Assembly: GCF_000027125.1 (NCBI RefSeq)
Contig: NC_017626.1
Strand: one strand, 5' to 3'
Length of the DNA: 64,000 bases
From: Escherichia coli 042
GTDB taxonomy: Bacteria > Pseudomonadota > Gammaproteobacteria > Enterobacterales > Enterobacteriaceae
The notes beneath the pieces are model-generated. The model saw only the letters and a list, made by a program, of their open reading frames with translations, had not been told where the DNA came from and did no database searches. Positions within the stretch are counted from its first letter, which is position 1; each line of letters opens with the position of its first letter. Of this stretch, positions 1 to 11,271 are shown one piece after another. Made by a program: the position numbers and the translations under genes.

Positions 1-502
1 AGATCGCTTCACCGATCAACCACAGAAAATCGTAGATCGTTTGCAGGGAAGGGTACATTTGCGCCAGCGTTTGACCGTTGCTCATGGGCAAATCGCCGAT
101 CACATTGCGAAAACCGAGGATCAAACCGCCGCTAATCAACGCGGGCAGCAACGGGAAGAAGATCTCCGCGAAATGAGAGATCAACTGCTCATGCCATTTC
201 ATATTCTGCCGGGCGGCTTTTTTTACCTGCTCTTTATCAACCTGCGCCTGTCCGGTTGACGCTATCAGTGCTTGATAGTAATCACCCACGTTGGTGCCAA
301 TCACCACCTGAAATTGCCCGGCATTGGTGAAACAGCCTTTCACCATGGGGAGTTGCTCAATTTCTTTCGGTCTGGCATTGGCCGGTTGGTTGAGGACAAA
401 GCGCAGGCGAGTAATACAGTGGCTCACCGTCGCAATATTGCCGCGCCCGCCGACCAGTTCAATCAACCGATCGATATCCGTTTGGTTTATTTTGCTCATC
501 AT
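1..502 (-). CDS. treB: PTS trehalose-specific EIIBC, N-terminal part (gene runs off the window start)
   Basis: My translation of the minus strand from the ATG at 502-500 gives MMSKINQTDIDRLIELVGGRGNIATVS... and stays open to position 1. It lies upstream of treR as in K-12. Confidence 0.85.
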   Translation of the reverse strand, partial: MMSKINQTDIDRLIELVGGRGNIATVSHCITRLRFVLNQPANARPKEIEQLPMVKGCFTNAGQFQVVIGTNVGDYYQALIASTGQAQVDKEQVKKAARQNMKWHEQLISHFAEIFFPLLPALISGGLILGFRNVIGDLPMSNGQTLAQMYPSLQTIYDFLWLIGEAI

Positions 503-621
503 AAAGCCCCATGGCAGATGACATTTTTGGTTGGCTGCAGAATATATTGCGCGGAAAAATTTAAAAAACGGGAACGTTCCCGAAACGCAGCGAAGATCAC
601 AATTTATCGTTCAGGAAACGA

Positions 622-1569
622 TCAGGACAGGGTGGCGGGGATGATGATTTGTTGCGGTTCGCTGCGTCCGGTTACCTGCGCGATCAACTGGCAGGCCGCC
701 TGGCGTCCAGCTTCGGCGTAACCAGGATCTACGGTGACGATCTCCGGATGAAGGAATTTCATTAACGGCGTATTACCGACGCTCGCCAGTTGCAAGGTCT
801 CGATGCGTTGCTCTTGCAGGTATTTACTTGCGCCAAGTGCCAGCGTGTCGGTTGCGCACAGTAACGCGGTAGTTTCAGGCGTAATCACTTTTGCTACGTT
901 CTCATAGCCTTGCTTCATAGCAAGCCCTGGCAGAGCGGCAACGGGATGCAATTTATGCGCTTTGCAGAACGCCAGGTAGGCTTCGTGACGTCGCTTACCG
1001 GTCGTCACGTCACTGTGCGGCACGCCGAGATAACTGATATTACGATGTCCCTGGTCATACAGCCGTTGCATCAGGATCTTGATTGCCCCTTCGTCGTCAT
1101 AACAGACCGAAGCAAAGCCTTTTGCGTCACGCGCCAGCAGAACCAGCGATGACTGCCAGTGGGCTAACATTTCTTCTGTTATGCCGGTAAAACCGAACAG
1201 CACTACGCCGTCGATATTACGCCGTTTCAGCACCCCCAAATGTTCGGCAACTAATTGCGGGGAAAACTGACTTTCCATCATGATTGGGTCGTAACCTTGT
1301 TCATAGAACGCTGGCAGCATGGTTTGAACGGCGAGATTTTCTGACAACGAATCCAGACGGGTAACAATGATGGCGACCACTTTATCGCTTTGCCCACGCA
1401 TAGCGCGCGCAGAGCGGGAAGGGGAAAATCCATGCTGATTCATCACTGCTTCAACACGCTCGCGCGTGCGCTGGCTCACGCCGCTTTCGTTATTCAGCAC
1501 CCGGGAAACCGTAGATTTCCCCACGCCGCTTAAGCGTGCGATGTCTTTGATGGTCAGCCGATTTTGCAT
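622..1569 (-). CDS. treR: Trehalose operon repressor, LacI family
   Basis: 315-aa ORF starting MQNRLTIKDIARLSGVGKSTVSRVLNNE (LacI-type HTH), with treB/mgtA synteny. Confidence 0.97.
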   Translation of the reverse strand: MQNRLTIKDIARLSGVGKSTVSRVLNNESGVSQRTRERVEAVMNQHGFSPSRSARAMRGQSDKVVAIIVTRLDSLSENLAVQTMLPAFYEQGYDPIMMESQFSPQLVAEHLGVLKRRNIDGVVLFGFTGITEEMLAHWQSSLVLLARDAKGFASVCYDDEGAIKILMQRLYDQGHRNISYLGVPHSDVTTGKRRHEAYLAFCKAHKLHPVAALPGLAMKQGYENVAKVITPETTALLCATDTLALGASKYLQEQRIETLQLASVGNTPLMKFLHPEIVTVDPGYAEAGRQAACQLIAQVTGRSEPQQIIIPATLS

Positions 1570-1643
1570 CCTGTTGTCCCGTAACGTGTTGTTTAATTAT
1601 TTGAGCCTAACTTTACCCGTGCATTCAGCAATGGGTAAAGTCT

Positions 1644-1660
1644 GGTTTATCGTTGGTTTA
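1644..1660 (+). promoter_or_regulatory. PhoP box of the mgtA promoter
   Basis: Direct repeat GGTTTA-TCGTT-GGTTTA read in the sequence. It matches the (T/G)GTTTA-N5-(T/G)GTTTA PhoP consensus, upstream of mgtL/mgtA. Confidence 0.7.
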
Positions 1661-1683
1661 GTTGCCTGCAGGTATTATATCGC

Positions 1684-1947
1684 CATAGATGCTACGAATA
1701 TTATTGGATTCTCCTTATTATTTGCGGCGCTTTTTTCACTTACCGGAGGTTATATGGAACCTGATCCCACGCCTCTCCCTCGACGGAGATTAAAACTTTT
1801 CCGGTAAGCCCGTCTTTTCACGGCGTTACCGGATGCGTAAGGCCGTGACGTTTTAACGTCCCTGCTCAGCTTTATTACCTTCAGGTAAGGCTTCGCCACG
1901 CCTGAAGACATTTCTGTACTGTTTCAGACAGTGTGGAGGGACTCCTT
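1684..1947 (+). promoter_or_regulatory. mgtA 5' leader (Mg2+/proline-responsive attenuator region)
   Basis: Long untranslated region between the PhoP box and the mgtA start that contains the mgtL mini-ORF. The 5' boundary is approximate and from memory of a ~264-nt leader. Confidence 0.6.
1754..1807 (+). CDS. mgtL: mgtA leader peptide (17 aa, proline-rich)
   Basis: ATG at 1754 encodes [17 protein letters not shown] followed by a stop. This is the tail of track ORF 1466..1807. Confidence 0.85.
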
Positions 1948-4644
1948 ATGTTTAAAGAAATTTTTACCCGGTTCATTCGCCATTTACCTTCCCGTCTGGT
2001 TCATCGCGATCCATTGCCTGGCGCGCAGCAGACAGTGAATACGGCGGTCCCGCCCTCCTTAAGTGCGCATTGCCTGAAAATGGCGGTGATGCCCGAAGAA
2101 GAATTGTGGAAAACGTTCGACACCCATCCGGAAGGATTAAATCAGGCGGAAGTGGAATCTGCCCGCGAACAACATGGTGAAAATAAATTACCCGCACAAC
2201 AACCGTCGCCGTGGTGGGTTCATTTATGGGTCTGCTATCGCAACCCCTTTAATATTTTACTCACCATTCTCGGCGCTATTTCTTACGCCACGGAAGATTT
2301 ATTTGCCGCGGGCGTTATCGCGCTAATGGTCGCTATTTCTACGTTGCTGAACTTTATTCAGGAAGCACGTTCCACTAAAGCGGCAGATGCCCTGAAAGCG
2401 ATGGTCAGCAATACCGCGACGGTGCTGCGCGTAATTAACGACAAAGGCGAAAATGGCTGGCTGGAGATCCCGATCGACCAGCTGGTGCCCGGCGATATTA
2501 TAAAACTGGCGGCAGGGGATATGATCCCGGCAGATTTACGTATCTTGCAGGCGCGGGATCTGTTTGTCGCTCAGGCGTCGTTAACCGGTGAGTCTCTGCC
2601 CGTGGAAAAAGCCGCTACTACTCGCCAGCCGGAGCACAGCAATCCACTGGAGTGCGACACCCTGTGTTTTATGGGCACCACCGTGGTGAGCGGCACGGCA
2701 CAAGCAATGGTGATTGCTACAGGAGCCAACACCTGGTTTGGTCAACTGGCGGGGCGTGTTAGTGAGCAGGAAAGCGAGCCGAATGCCTTTCAGCAAGGGA
2801 TCAGCCGCGTCAGTATGCTGCTGATTCGCTTTATGCTGGTGATGGCTCCGGTGGTGTTGCTTATCAACGGTTACACCAAAGGTGACTGGTGGGAAGCGGC
2901 ACTGTTTGCGCTTTCGGTTGCGGTAGGCTTAACGCCGGAAATGTTGCCGATGATTGTTACCTCGACGCTGGCGCGCGGCGCAGTAAAGCTGTCGAAACAG
3001 AAAGTGATCGTCAAACATCTGGATGCTATTCAGAACTTTGGCGCAATGGATATTCTGTGCACTGATAAAACTGGCACCCTGACACAGGACAAAATTGTGC
3101 TGGAGAATCATACCGATATCTCCGGTAAAACCAGCGAACGCGTGCTGCATAGCGCGTGGTTGAACAGTCATTATCAGACCGGACTTAAAAACCTGCTCGA
3201 TACAGCGGTGCTCGAAGGTACGGATGAAGAGTCAGCGCGCTCGCTGGCCAGTCGTTGGCAAAAAATCGATGAGATTCCGTTTGATTTCGAGCGTCGCCGG
3301 ATGTCGGTGGTAGTGGCAGAAAATACCGAGCACCATCAGCTGGTTTGCAAAGGTGCATTGCAGGAAATCCTCAATGTGTGTTCGCAGGTGCGTCACAATG
3401 GCGAGATTGTGCCGCTCGATGACATCATGCTGCGTAAGATTAAGCGGGTTACTGATACGCTGAATCGTCAGGGGCTGCGCGTGGTTGCGGTGGCGACGAA
3501 ATACCTGCCAGCGCGTGAAGGAGATTACCAGCGGGCGGATGAATCCGACCTGATCCTCGAAGGATATATTGCTTTCCTTGATCCGCCAAAAGAGACAACT
3601 GCTCCGGCACTGAAGGCATTAAAAGCGAGTGGAATTACCGTAAAAATCCTTACTGGCGACAGTGAGTTAGTTGCAGCGAAAGTGTGCCATGAAGTGGGGC
3701 TGGACGCGGGAGAGGTGGTCATTGGTAGTGATATTGAAACGCTATCTGACGACGAACTGGCAAATCTCGCACAGCGCACCACGCTGTTTGCTCGTCTGAC
3801 GCCGATGCATAAAGAACGCATTGTGACCTTACTGAAGCGCGAAGGGCATGTGGTTGGCTTTATGGGCGATGGTATTAATGATGCGCCCGCCTTACGCGCT
3901 GCGGATATCGGCATTTCTGTGGACGGCGCGGTAGATATTGCCCGTGAAGCGGCTGATATCATCCTGCTGGAAAAAAGCCTGATGGTGCTGGAAGAGGGGG
4001 TTATTGAAGGACGTCGCACTTTCGCCAACATGCTGAAATACATCAAAATGACGGCGAGCTCCAACTTCGGTAATGTGTTCAGCGTGCTGGTGGCGAGTGC
4101 TTTCTTGCCCTTCCTGCCGATGTTGCCGTTACACTTGCTTATTCAGAACCTGCTGTATGATGTGTCACAGGTGGCGATCCCGTTTGATAACGTCGACGAC
4201 GAGCAAATTCAAAAGCCGCAGCGTTGGAACCCGGCGGATCTGGGGCGCTTTATGATCTTCTTCGGACCGATCAGCTCGATCTTCGATATTCTGACGTTTT
4301 GCCTGATGTGGTGGGTATTCCATGCCAACACGCCGGAAACGCAAACGCTGTTCCAGTCGGGATGGTTTGTGGTGGGCTTACTGTCGCAAACGCTGATTGT
4401 GCATATGATCCGCACCCGCCGTGTGCCGTTTATTCAGAGCTGTGCATCGTGGCCGTTAATGATCATGACCGTGATCGTGATGATTGTCGGGATCGCATTG
4501 CCGTTTTCACCGCTGGCCAGTTATCTGCAATTACAGGCGCTGCCGTTAAGCTATTTCCCGTGGCTGGTTGCGATTCTGGCAGGGTATATGACATTAACCC
4601 AGTTGGTGAAAGGGTTCTATAGCCGTCGTTACGGCTGGCAATAA
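1948..4644 (+). CDS. mgtA: Mg2+-importing P-type ATPase
   Basis: Track ORF 1933..4644. The internal Met giving MFKEIFTR... matches the known N-terminus. P-type motifs DKTGTLT and GDGINDAP are present. Confidence 0.97.
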   Translation: MFKEIFTRFIRHLPSRLVHRDPLPGAQQTVNTAVPPSLSAHCLKMAVMPEEELWKTFDTHPEGLNQAEVESAREQHGENKLPAQQPSPWWVHLWVCYRNPFNILLTILGAISYATEDLFAAGVIALMVAISTLLNFIQEARSTKAADALKAMVSNTATVLRVINDKGENGWLEIPIDQLVPGDIIKLAAGDMIPADLRILQARDLFVAQASLTGESLPVEKAATTRQPEHSNPLECDTLCFMGTTVVSGTAQAMVIATGANTWFGQLAGRVSEQESEPNAFQQGISRVSMLLIRFMLVMAPVVLLINGYTKGDWWEAALFALSVAVGLTPEMLPMIVTSTLARGAVKLSKQKVIVKHLDAIQNFGAMDILCTDKTGTLTQDKIVLENHTDISGKTSERVLHSAWLNSHYQTGLKNLLDTAVLEGTDEESARSLASRWQKIDEIPFDFERRRMSVVVAENTEHHQLVCKGALQEILNVCSQVRHNGEIVPLDDIMLRKIKRVTDTLNRQGLRVVAVATKYLPAREGDYQRADESDLILEGYIAFLDPPKETTAPALKALKASGITVKILTGDSELVAAKVCHEVGLDAGEVVIGSDIETLSDDELANLAQRTTLFARLTPMHKERIVTLLKREGHVVGFMGDGINDAPALRAADIGISVDGAVDIAREAADIILLEKSLMVLEEGVIEGRRTFANMLKYIKMTASSNFGNVFSVLVASAFLPFLPMLPLHLLIQNLLYDVSQVAIPFDNVDDEQIQKPQRWNPADLGRFMIFFGPISSIFDILTFCLMWWVFHANTPETQTLFQSGWFVVGLLSQTLIVHMIRTRRVPFIQSCASWPLMIMTVIVMIVGIALPFSPLASYLQLQALPLSYFPWLVAILAGYMTLTQLVKGFYSRRYGWQ

Positions 4645-4703
4645 AGAATAAACTGGGCACGATAGCCCCGATTCAGATTGCAGACAAAGTAAGCTTTGTT
4701 CAT

Positions 4704-4791
4704 GCCGGATGCGGCGTAAATGCCTTATCCGGCCAACAAATTCAATAAATTGCAGGAATCACGTAGGCCTGATAAGCGTAGCGCATCAGGC
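4704..4791. repeat. REP/BIME-type extragenic palindromes
   Basis: GCCGGATGCGGCGTAAATGCCTTATCCGGCC and TAGGCCTGATAAGCGTAGCGCATCAGGC are typical E. coli REP units between convergent genes. Confidence 0.7.
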
Positions 4792-4849
4792 GATTTTGCG
4801 TTTGTCATCAGACTTAATCCGGGCATGATAGCCCGGATTTCCATCAAGA

Positions 4850-5236
4850 TTAGCGACGAACAGCGATCGCTTCGATCTCAATCTTCACGTCTTTCGGCAG
4901 ACGGGCGACTTCAACGCAAGAACGTGCCGGGAAGGTGGCGTTGTGTTCGGTGAAGAAGGCTTCGTAGGTAGCATTAACGGTAGCGAAGTCGTTCAGATCT
5001 TTCACAAACACGGTGGTTTTAACGATGTCGCCCACTTTCAGGCCAGCGGCTTCGACGATCGCTTTTACGTTATCCAGCGACTGACGTGCCTGTGCAGCGA
5101 CGTCTGCCGGTACTTCACCCGTTTTCGGATTTACCGGGATCTGACCGGAGGTGATGATCATATTGCCCAGATCAACGCCCTGTACGTAAGGACCGATAGC
5201 TGCCGGTGCATTTTCCGTCGCGATAGTTTTGCTCAT
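4850..5236 (-). CDS. ridA: Enamine/imine deaminase (RidA/YjgF)
   Basis: Internal Met of track ORF 4850..5308 gives MSKTIATENAPAAIGPYVQG... (128 aa). Confidence 0.95.
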   Translation of the reverse strand: MSKTIATENAPAAIGPYVQGVDLGNMIITSGQIPVNPKTGEVPADVAAQARQSLDNVKAIVEAAGLKVGDIVKTTVFVKDLNDFATVNATYEAFFTEHNATFPARSCVEVARLPKDVKIEIEAIAVRR

Positions 5237-5308
5237 GATTTCTCCTTTATTACAGCGGTAAAAAGTCTGGCTCATTATAGGGAGCCAGACTTTTATTACC
5301 AACCGCAA

Positions 5309-5770
5309 TTAATTGGCCAGCACCACATTATGGGAAAACTCTTTTTCACAGTATTTGCATTTGAGCGCGATGTCATTGGCGCGTTTTCGCACGGCAAAGC
5401 TGGAAGAAACCGGTTCGGCATGGCTGATACAGTTGCTGTTCGGGCAGACCAGCACATTGTCGATGCGCTCTGGCAGACTGGGGCGCGATTTACCCACCAC
5501 TTCATAGTTGTCGATACGGTTAACCGTGGCTTGCGGCGCATACAATGCCAGTTGATCTACCTGATCTTCACTCAAAAAGGTATTTTCGATTTTGATCAGA
5601 TCTTTGCGGCCCATCTCGCCAGAAGGCAAGTTCAGACCGATGGTGATGCGCTGATCCGTTTCGGTCAGCTTGAACAGACTCAACAGCTTAAAACCGATCT
5701 GGGCGGGGATATGGTCAATTACCGTGCCGCGTTTAATAGCTTCAACCTGCAATTTATTATCGTGTGTCAT
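5309..5770 (-). CDS. pyrI: Aspartate carbamoyltransferase regulatory chain
   Basis: 153-aa [25 protein letters not shown]... with C-terminal Zn cysteines (CPNSNC...CKYC). Confidence 0.97.
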
Positions 5771-5782
5771 CTCTATTTCCCC

Positions 5783-6718
5783 TTACAGTACCAGATCGCG
5801 ATTCAGAACCAGTGCCAGTAACGCCTGGCGAGCGAAAATCCCGTTGCCTGCCTGCTGGAAGTACCAGGCGTGTGGCGTTTTATCCACATCGGTGGCAATC
5901 TCATCAACACGCGGCAGCGGATGCAGCACTTTCATATTGGCTTTGGCGTTGTGGAGATCGCTGGCGCGAAGAACAAACTGCGCTTTCACGTTGGCGTACT
6001 CGGACGGGTCCAGACGCTCTTTTTGCACGCGGGTCATGTACAGGATGTCTACTTCCGCCATCACTTCTTCAATAGAGCTGTGCAGACTCCATGCGATCCC
6101 TTTTTCATCGAGCATATCCAGAATGTATTGCGGCATTGCCAGCGCGTCCGGCGCGATGAAGTAAAAACGGTTGCCATCGAACTTCGCTAACGCCTGAGTC
6201 AGGGAGTGAACGGTGCGGCCATATTTCAGGTCACCAACCATTGCGACGTGGAGATTGTCCAGACGCCCCTGGGTTTCCTGAATAGTGAATAAGTCCAGCA
6301 AGGTTTGCGTCGGATGTTGGTTGGAGCCATCACCGGCATTCAGTACCGGTACATTGCCGGAAAACTCGGTGGCCAGGCGCGCCGCACCTTCCTGCGGATG
6401 ACGCATCACTATCGCATCGACGTAAGTGCTGATAACCGAAATGGTATCGGCCAGCGTTTCGCCCTTTTTACCCAGTGATGTATTGGCGCTGTCGGAGAAG
6501 CCCACCACGCTGGCACCCAGGCGGTGCATAGATGTTTCGAAAGAGAGGCGGGTACGGGTAGAGGCTTCGAAGAAACAGCTGGCAATGACTTTGTGCTTCA
6601 ACAGCTCTGGTTGCGGGTTTACTTTCAGTTTCGCCGCTGTCGCCAGCACCAGATTAAGGTCATCGCGACTAAGGTCGTTTATGGAAATGATATGTTTCTG
6701 ATATAGCGGATTAGCCAT
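5783..6718 (-). CDS. pyrB: Aspartate carbamoyltransferase catalytic chain
   Basis: 311-aa [23 protein letters not shown]... containing the STRTR and HPxQ motifs. Confidence 0.97.
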   Translation of the reverse strand: MANPLYQKHIISINDLSRDDLNLVLATAAKLKVNPQPELLKHKVIASCFFEASTRTRLSFETSMHRLGASVVGFSDSANTSLGKKGETLADTISVISTYVDAIVMRHPQEGAARLATEFSGNVPVLNAGDGSNQHPTQTLLDLFTIQETQGRLDNLHVAMVGDLKYGRTVHSLTQALAKFDGNRFYFIAPDALAMPQYILDMLDEKGIAWSLHSSIEEVMAEVDILYMTRVQKERLDPSEYANVKAQFVLRASDLHNAKANMKVLHPLPRVDEIATDVDKTPHAWYFQQAGNGIFARQALLALVLNRDLVL

Positions 6719-6721
6719 CTT

Positions 6722-6856
6722 TTATCTCCTGACGCCTGGGCAAAAAAAAGCCCCTCGATTGAGGGGCTGGGAATGGGTGATCAACGGGAAGAAAAACGGC
6801 AGGCCAGCGTCTTTTTTCAGACGCGGTAAGACAAAATGTCGAACACACTGAACCAT
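6722..6856 (-). CDS. pyrL: pyrBI operon leader peptide (44 aa)
   Basis: Internal Met of track ORF 6722..6922 gives MVQCVRHFVLPRLKKDAGLPFFFPLITHSQPLNRGAFFCPGVRR. Confidence 0.85.
   Translation of the reverse strand: MVQCVRHFVLPRLKKDAGLPFFFPLITHSQPLNRGAFFCPGVRR
6741..6770 (-). terminator. pyrBI attenuator hairpin with U-tract
   Basis: On the minus strand, AGCCCCTC/GAGGGGCT forms a stem followed by T8, inside the pyrL coding region. Confidence 0.8.
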
Positions 6857-7136
6857 ACATCCTCCCGGCAAATTGTCCGGCATTATACTCATAGCCAGAA
6901 GCGGTGCAAGCATTTGATGCAATATTTTGTCAGCGCAAACGGTTTATTTGAATTAAAAGTCAAAATGTATGCATTTTTATTTGCTTTGATTCTGGAGGAG
7001 AACTGTCGTTCGGTATCAATAATTGCAGACATTTCCTGCTTTTTTCTTTTTCACTTTCACGCAATCAGATATGCATTTTATTCCATTCATCCGACTTATA
7101 CGGCGGAGTGTGAAAACGAACGGCTAACACTATTGC

Positions 7137-7532
7137 TTACAGCTCAGGGATGCGCGCTATCACTTTAATTTCAAAATCAAAGCCTGCCAGCCAGGTAACG
7201 CCCACCGCCGTCCAGTTTGGATAAGGAGGGGCGCTAAATATTTCATTTTTGACCGTCATGATGTCTTCAAATTGTTTTTCCGGATCGGTATGAAAGCTCG
7301 TAACATCAATGATATCGTCAAAAGTGCATCCCGCAGCTGCCAGGGTCGCATGCAAATTATCAAATGCCAGTCTGACTTGTTGCTGAAAATCGGGTTCTGG
7401 TGTTCCGTCCTCTCGACTTCCTACTTGCCCGGAAACAAACAGCAAATCGCCGGAACGAATAGCCGCCGAATAACGATGTTCAGCATACAGTGAATGTCGG
7501 CCAGCAGGGAAAACAGCGGTTCTTTCTACCAT
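7137..7532 (-). CDS. yjgH: RidA/YjgF-family protein
   Basis: 131-aa ORF in the K-12 syntenic position. Confidence 0.9.
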   Translation of the reverse strand: MVERTAVFPAGRHSLYAEHRYSAAIRSGDLLFVSGQVGSREDGTPEPDFQQQVRLAFDNLHATLAAAGCTFDDIIDVTSFHTDPEKQFEDIMTVKNEIFSAPPYPNWTAVGVTWLAGFDFEIKVIARIPEL

Positions 7533-7662
7533 TTGGTTATCCTCAAGATTTACGACATGAACAGAAGATTTATATTTACCGGGAGCCGCTTTTAGGGAAC
7601 GACGTGAGTAAACAAAACCCAGACATCATGGATAATGGCTGGGCTTAATTGAGCGTAGTCGG

Positions 7663-8376
7663 TTATGCCCCAAACGCGCCATCAATGGTATGCATCGCGC
7701 CGGTAACAAAACTGGCTTCTGGCCCTGCTAACCATGCGACCATTCCAGCGACCTCTTCCGGTTGCCCATGTCTTTTGATAGCCATAAAACTATGCAACAT
7801 ATCGCGCATTGGCCCGTTGGCGGGATTAGCGTCGGTATCTATTGGCCCTGGCTGGACGACGTTGATGGTGATCCCACGCGGTCCAAAATCACGGGCCAGC
7901 CCGCGCGCCATGCCTTGCAGGGCAGATTTACTGGCGGCATAAGCAGCCATGCCTGCAACAGGCATACGATCGCCATTCACGGAGCCGATGATTAAGATGC
8001 GCCCGCCTTCGGGCATCTGCCGGGCGGCTTCAACAGAGGCATGGTAAGGGGCATGAATATTGATTTTGAAAAGGCGATCAATATCGTCGGCATTTAATTC
8101 CAGGGCATCGCCAAAGACGCCAATACCTGCATTTACCACCAGGATATCCAATGCGCCGCTCTTACGAACGACATCAATAACAGCGTCTCTGTCAGCACTA
8201 TCTGTGAATACTGCTGTCGCTCCAGTCTCATGTGCCAGGCGTTCAGCGGCATCTTTCGACCCCGCATAGGTGAATCGTACATTGGCTCCATCGGTGACGA
8301 AACGACGTACGATAGCGGCACCTATTCCACGGCTACCACCGAGGATGAGAACTGTCTTACCTGTAAAAGCGCCCAT
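7663..8376 (-). CDS. bdcA: Short-chain dehydrogenase/reductase (biofilm dispersal, c-di-GMP-related BdcA)
   Basis: Internal Met of track ORF 7663..8454 gives MGAFTGKTVLILGGSRGIGAAI (Rossmann TGxxxGIG motif). Confidence 0.9.
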   Translation of the reverse strand: MGAFTGKTVLILGGSRGIGAAIVRRFVTDGANVRFTYAGSKDAAERLAHETGATAVFTDSADRDAVIDVVRKSGALDILVVNAGIGVFGDALELNADDIDRLFKINIHAPYHASVEAARQMPEGGRILIIGSVNGDRMPVAGMAAYAASKSALQGMARGLARDFGPRGITINVVQPGPIDTDANPANGPMRDMLHSFMAIKRHGQPEEVAGMVAWLAGPEASFVTGAMHTIDGAFGA

Positions 8377-8446
8377 AAGGACTCCTTGATTTATTATGTA
8401 ACATGCATTACAAAACTGTTTTAACTTTCTGTCAACAAGTTTTGTA

Positions 8447-9040
8447 ATGGTCACTAAAAAACAATCTCGCGTTCCAGGTCGTCCCAGACGTTTCGCTCCT
8501 GAGCAGGCAGTCTCTGCGGCAAAAGTGCTTTTTCACCAAAAAGGTTTCGATGCTGTCAGTGTTGCTGAAGTTACTGATTATCTTGGTATTAACCCCCCGA
8601 GTCTCTACGCGGCTTTTGGCAGTAAGGCTGGGTTATTTAGCCGTGTACTCAATGAATATGTCGGTACGGAAGCTATTCCGCTTGCCGATATTCTTCGTGA
8701 TGATCGTCCGGTAGGGGAGTGCCTGGCTGAGGTATTAAAAGAAGCGGCGCGCAGATATAGCCAAAACGGCGGCTGCGCTGGCTGTATGGTTCTTGAAGGC
8801 ATTCATAGTCATGATCCACAAGCGCGTGATATTGCCGTTCAATATTATCACGCCGCAGAAACGACCATTTATGACTATATCGCCAGGCGGCATCCACAAA
8901 GCGCACAATGTGTGACTGATTTTATGAGTACCGTGATGTCAGGGCTTTCTGCGAAGGCACGAGAGGGGCACTCCCTCGAACAACTCTGTGCAACAGCTGC
9001 ACTGGCGGGGGAAGCGATAAAAACTATTCTCAAGGAGTGA
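8447..9040 (+). CDS. bdcR: TetR-family regulator
   Basis: 197-aa ORF with an N-terminal TetR HTH, divergent from bdcA. Confidence 0.9.
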   Translation: MVTKKQSRVPGRPRRFAPEQAVSAAKVLFHQKGFDAVSVAEVTDYLGINPPSLYAAFGSKAGLFSRVLNEYVGTEAIPLADILRDDRPVGECLAEVLKEAARRYSQNGGCAGCMVLEGIHSHDPQARDIAVQYYHAAETTIYDYIARRHPQSAQCVTDFMSTVMSGLSAKAREGHSLEQLCATAALAGEAIKTILKE

Positions 9041-9172
9041 TGCTGACCTTGATCCGAAAGGCGGGAACGCGCCTGCCGATAAGTTGTGATAAGACAATAA
9101 TTCACGCGTTAAGGCTGGCGGAATTGATCATCTTTTCGTATAACGGTGGAAATGAAACATTGTTTTAATTAA

Positions 9173-9637
<465 letters not shown>

Positions 9638-9759
9638 TGACTTTTCGCCGTAAATAACTCCAGGTTTACGGCGAGTTTGTGAAAAGAGCGTTTTTTGATA
9701 TTTTTTTGTGAGTAGCATTTGTAATGCTTAGACGTTCTTATTAACTCAAGGAGTCCGTC

Positions 9760-11271
9760 ATGGCAAAAATATCAGATTTGAATTGTTATCAACACATAGC
9801 ATCAGCCGACAATGTTAAACCAAAAAATGAAGTCTTAAATACCTGGTGTGTGGGAATGAATGATTTTGCTCGTAATGCCGAGGGGCAGGATAGCAGAAGG
9901 AATATTCTATCTCCTGGAGCATTTTTGGAGTTTTTGGCAAAAATATTTACCCTGGGTTATGTGGATTTTAGCAAACGCTCCAACGAAGCGGGTAGAAATA
10001 TGATGGCTCATATTGAGTCCTCATCTTATATCAAAAATAATGATGGCAGTGAAATAATGAATTTTGTTATGAATAATCCTGAAGGTGAGCGTGCGGATTC
10101 ATCTAAGGTGATTATAGAAATTTCACTTTCTACTACCACTACTATGGGGACTCGTCAAGGACATACAGCCATTATATTTCCACAATCTGATTTTTTGAGT
10201 TTTCGTTATGAAGGTAAGTCTTTTGAAAGAAAAGATGATAGTTCATTACATCTGATTACTAACAAGGTTCTGGCGTGTTACCAACGCGAAGCTAACAAGA
10301 ATATGGCGCTTCTATTAAATAATCATCAGTTGAACTGGAAGGACGCAATTGATTATAACGAGTTATTAGAAAAGCCATTAGCCAGTACATTAGAAAAAAT
10401 AAAGAAAGAACATCTGCTATTAATGCCTCATGTATGTGATGACACGATTCCATACTTACTAGGCGAAGGTGGTATACTTGAAGAAATAAATGATCTGAAA
10501 GCGTTACATGATACCAGAATTGCTAGTGGTACAGAAGGTAATGATGAAATTAATAACATCAAAATTAACCTGTCTAATATTCTTATTGATTCCTTAGATG
10601 ATACAAAAGTTAATCTCGAAAAGGTCATCGATTCGATGTTGAAGACTTTTTTAAAATTGCCATATATTAATGATGTAAAAATTCTGGAGTGGTGTTTTAA
10701 TCAAAGTATGCAATATTCTGATGATACTACAAAGATAAAGCATGCCCGCTCCGTGATCGATCATATTGATTTTAACTGCGATCAGTCTAAAATAGCTGAG
10801 ACATTATTTTTCAACCTCAATAAAGAACCCTATAAAAACAGCCCTGAGTTACAGGAATTGATTTGGGAGAAGTTGGTTGTATATGTCAATGATTTTAACT
10901 TAAGCAATCAAGAAAAATCACGCTTAATACTAAGGTTATTTGATGATGTTAAGTTGCTATTTAATGAAGTGCCTGTCAGCATTTTAGTAAATGATATTTT
11001 TTTGAAGGATTTTTTCATGAAGCAACCTGATTTTGCGAAGTGGTACTTCTATCAATTAATTAAGAAGTATGAGGGCGAACAGCTGTATCTTAATGAGTTA
11101 GGATATGTTTATGGTAATGAAGAAAAAACAAATGAAATTGTAAAAAAACATCCGGGTTATGTCATTAAGATTTTTGAAGAAAAGATGGGTAATGAATTAA
11201 AAATTAGAACAAGAATGATGAAAATCCTCCGGAATGGCAAAATCAATATATATGAATATATAAATATATGA
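9760..11271 (+). CDS. yjgL: Uncharacterised AT-rich protein in the yjgL position
   Basis: 503-aa ORF between tabA and argI. It is very AT-rich: one 60-nt line at 10561 counts 15 G+C. Confidence 0.7.
   Translation: MAKISDLNCYQHIASADNVKPKNEVLNTWCVGMNDFARNAEGQDSRRNILSPGAFLEFLAKIFTLGYVDFSKRSNEAGRNMMAHIESSSYIKNNDGSEIMNFVMNNPEGERADSSKVIIEISLSTTTTMGTRQGHTAIIFPQSDFLSFRYEGKSFERKDDSSLHLITNKVLACYQREANKNMALLLNNHQLNWKDAIDYNELLEKPLASTLEKIKKEHLLLMPHVCDDTIPYLLGEGGILEEINDLKALHDTRIASGTEGNDEINNIKINLSNILIDSLDDTKVNLEKVIDSMLKTFLKLPYINDVKILEWCFNQSMQYSDDTTKIKHARSVIDHIDFNCDQSKIAETLFFNLNKEPYKNSPELQELIWEKLVVYVNDFNLSNQEKSRLILRLFDDVKLLFNEVPVSILVNDIFLKDFFMKQPDFAKWYFYQLIKKYEGEQLYLNELGYVYGNEEKTNEIVKKHPGYVIKIFEEKMGNELKIRTRMMKILRNGKINIYEYINI

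Noticed and set aside
1466-1807. 113-aa ORF across the treR-mgtA intergenic region
   Set aside because: Only its last 17 codons (mgtL, 1754-1807) correspond to a known translated element. The rest overlaps the treR start and the mgtA promoter.
4943-5821. 292-aa plus-strand ORF spanning ridA, pyrI and the start of pyrB
   Set aside because: It is antisense to three well-supported genes and crosses their intergenic regions. It has low-complexity, Arg/Phe-rich shadow-ORF composition.
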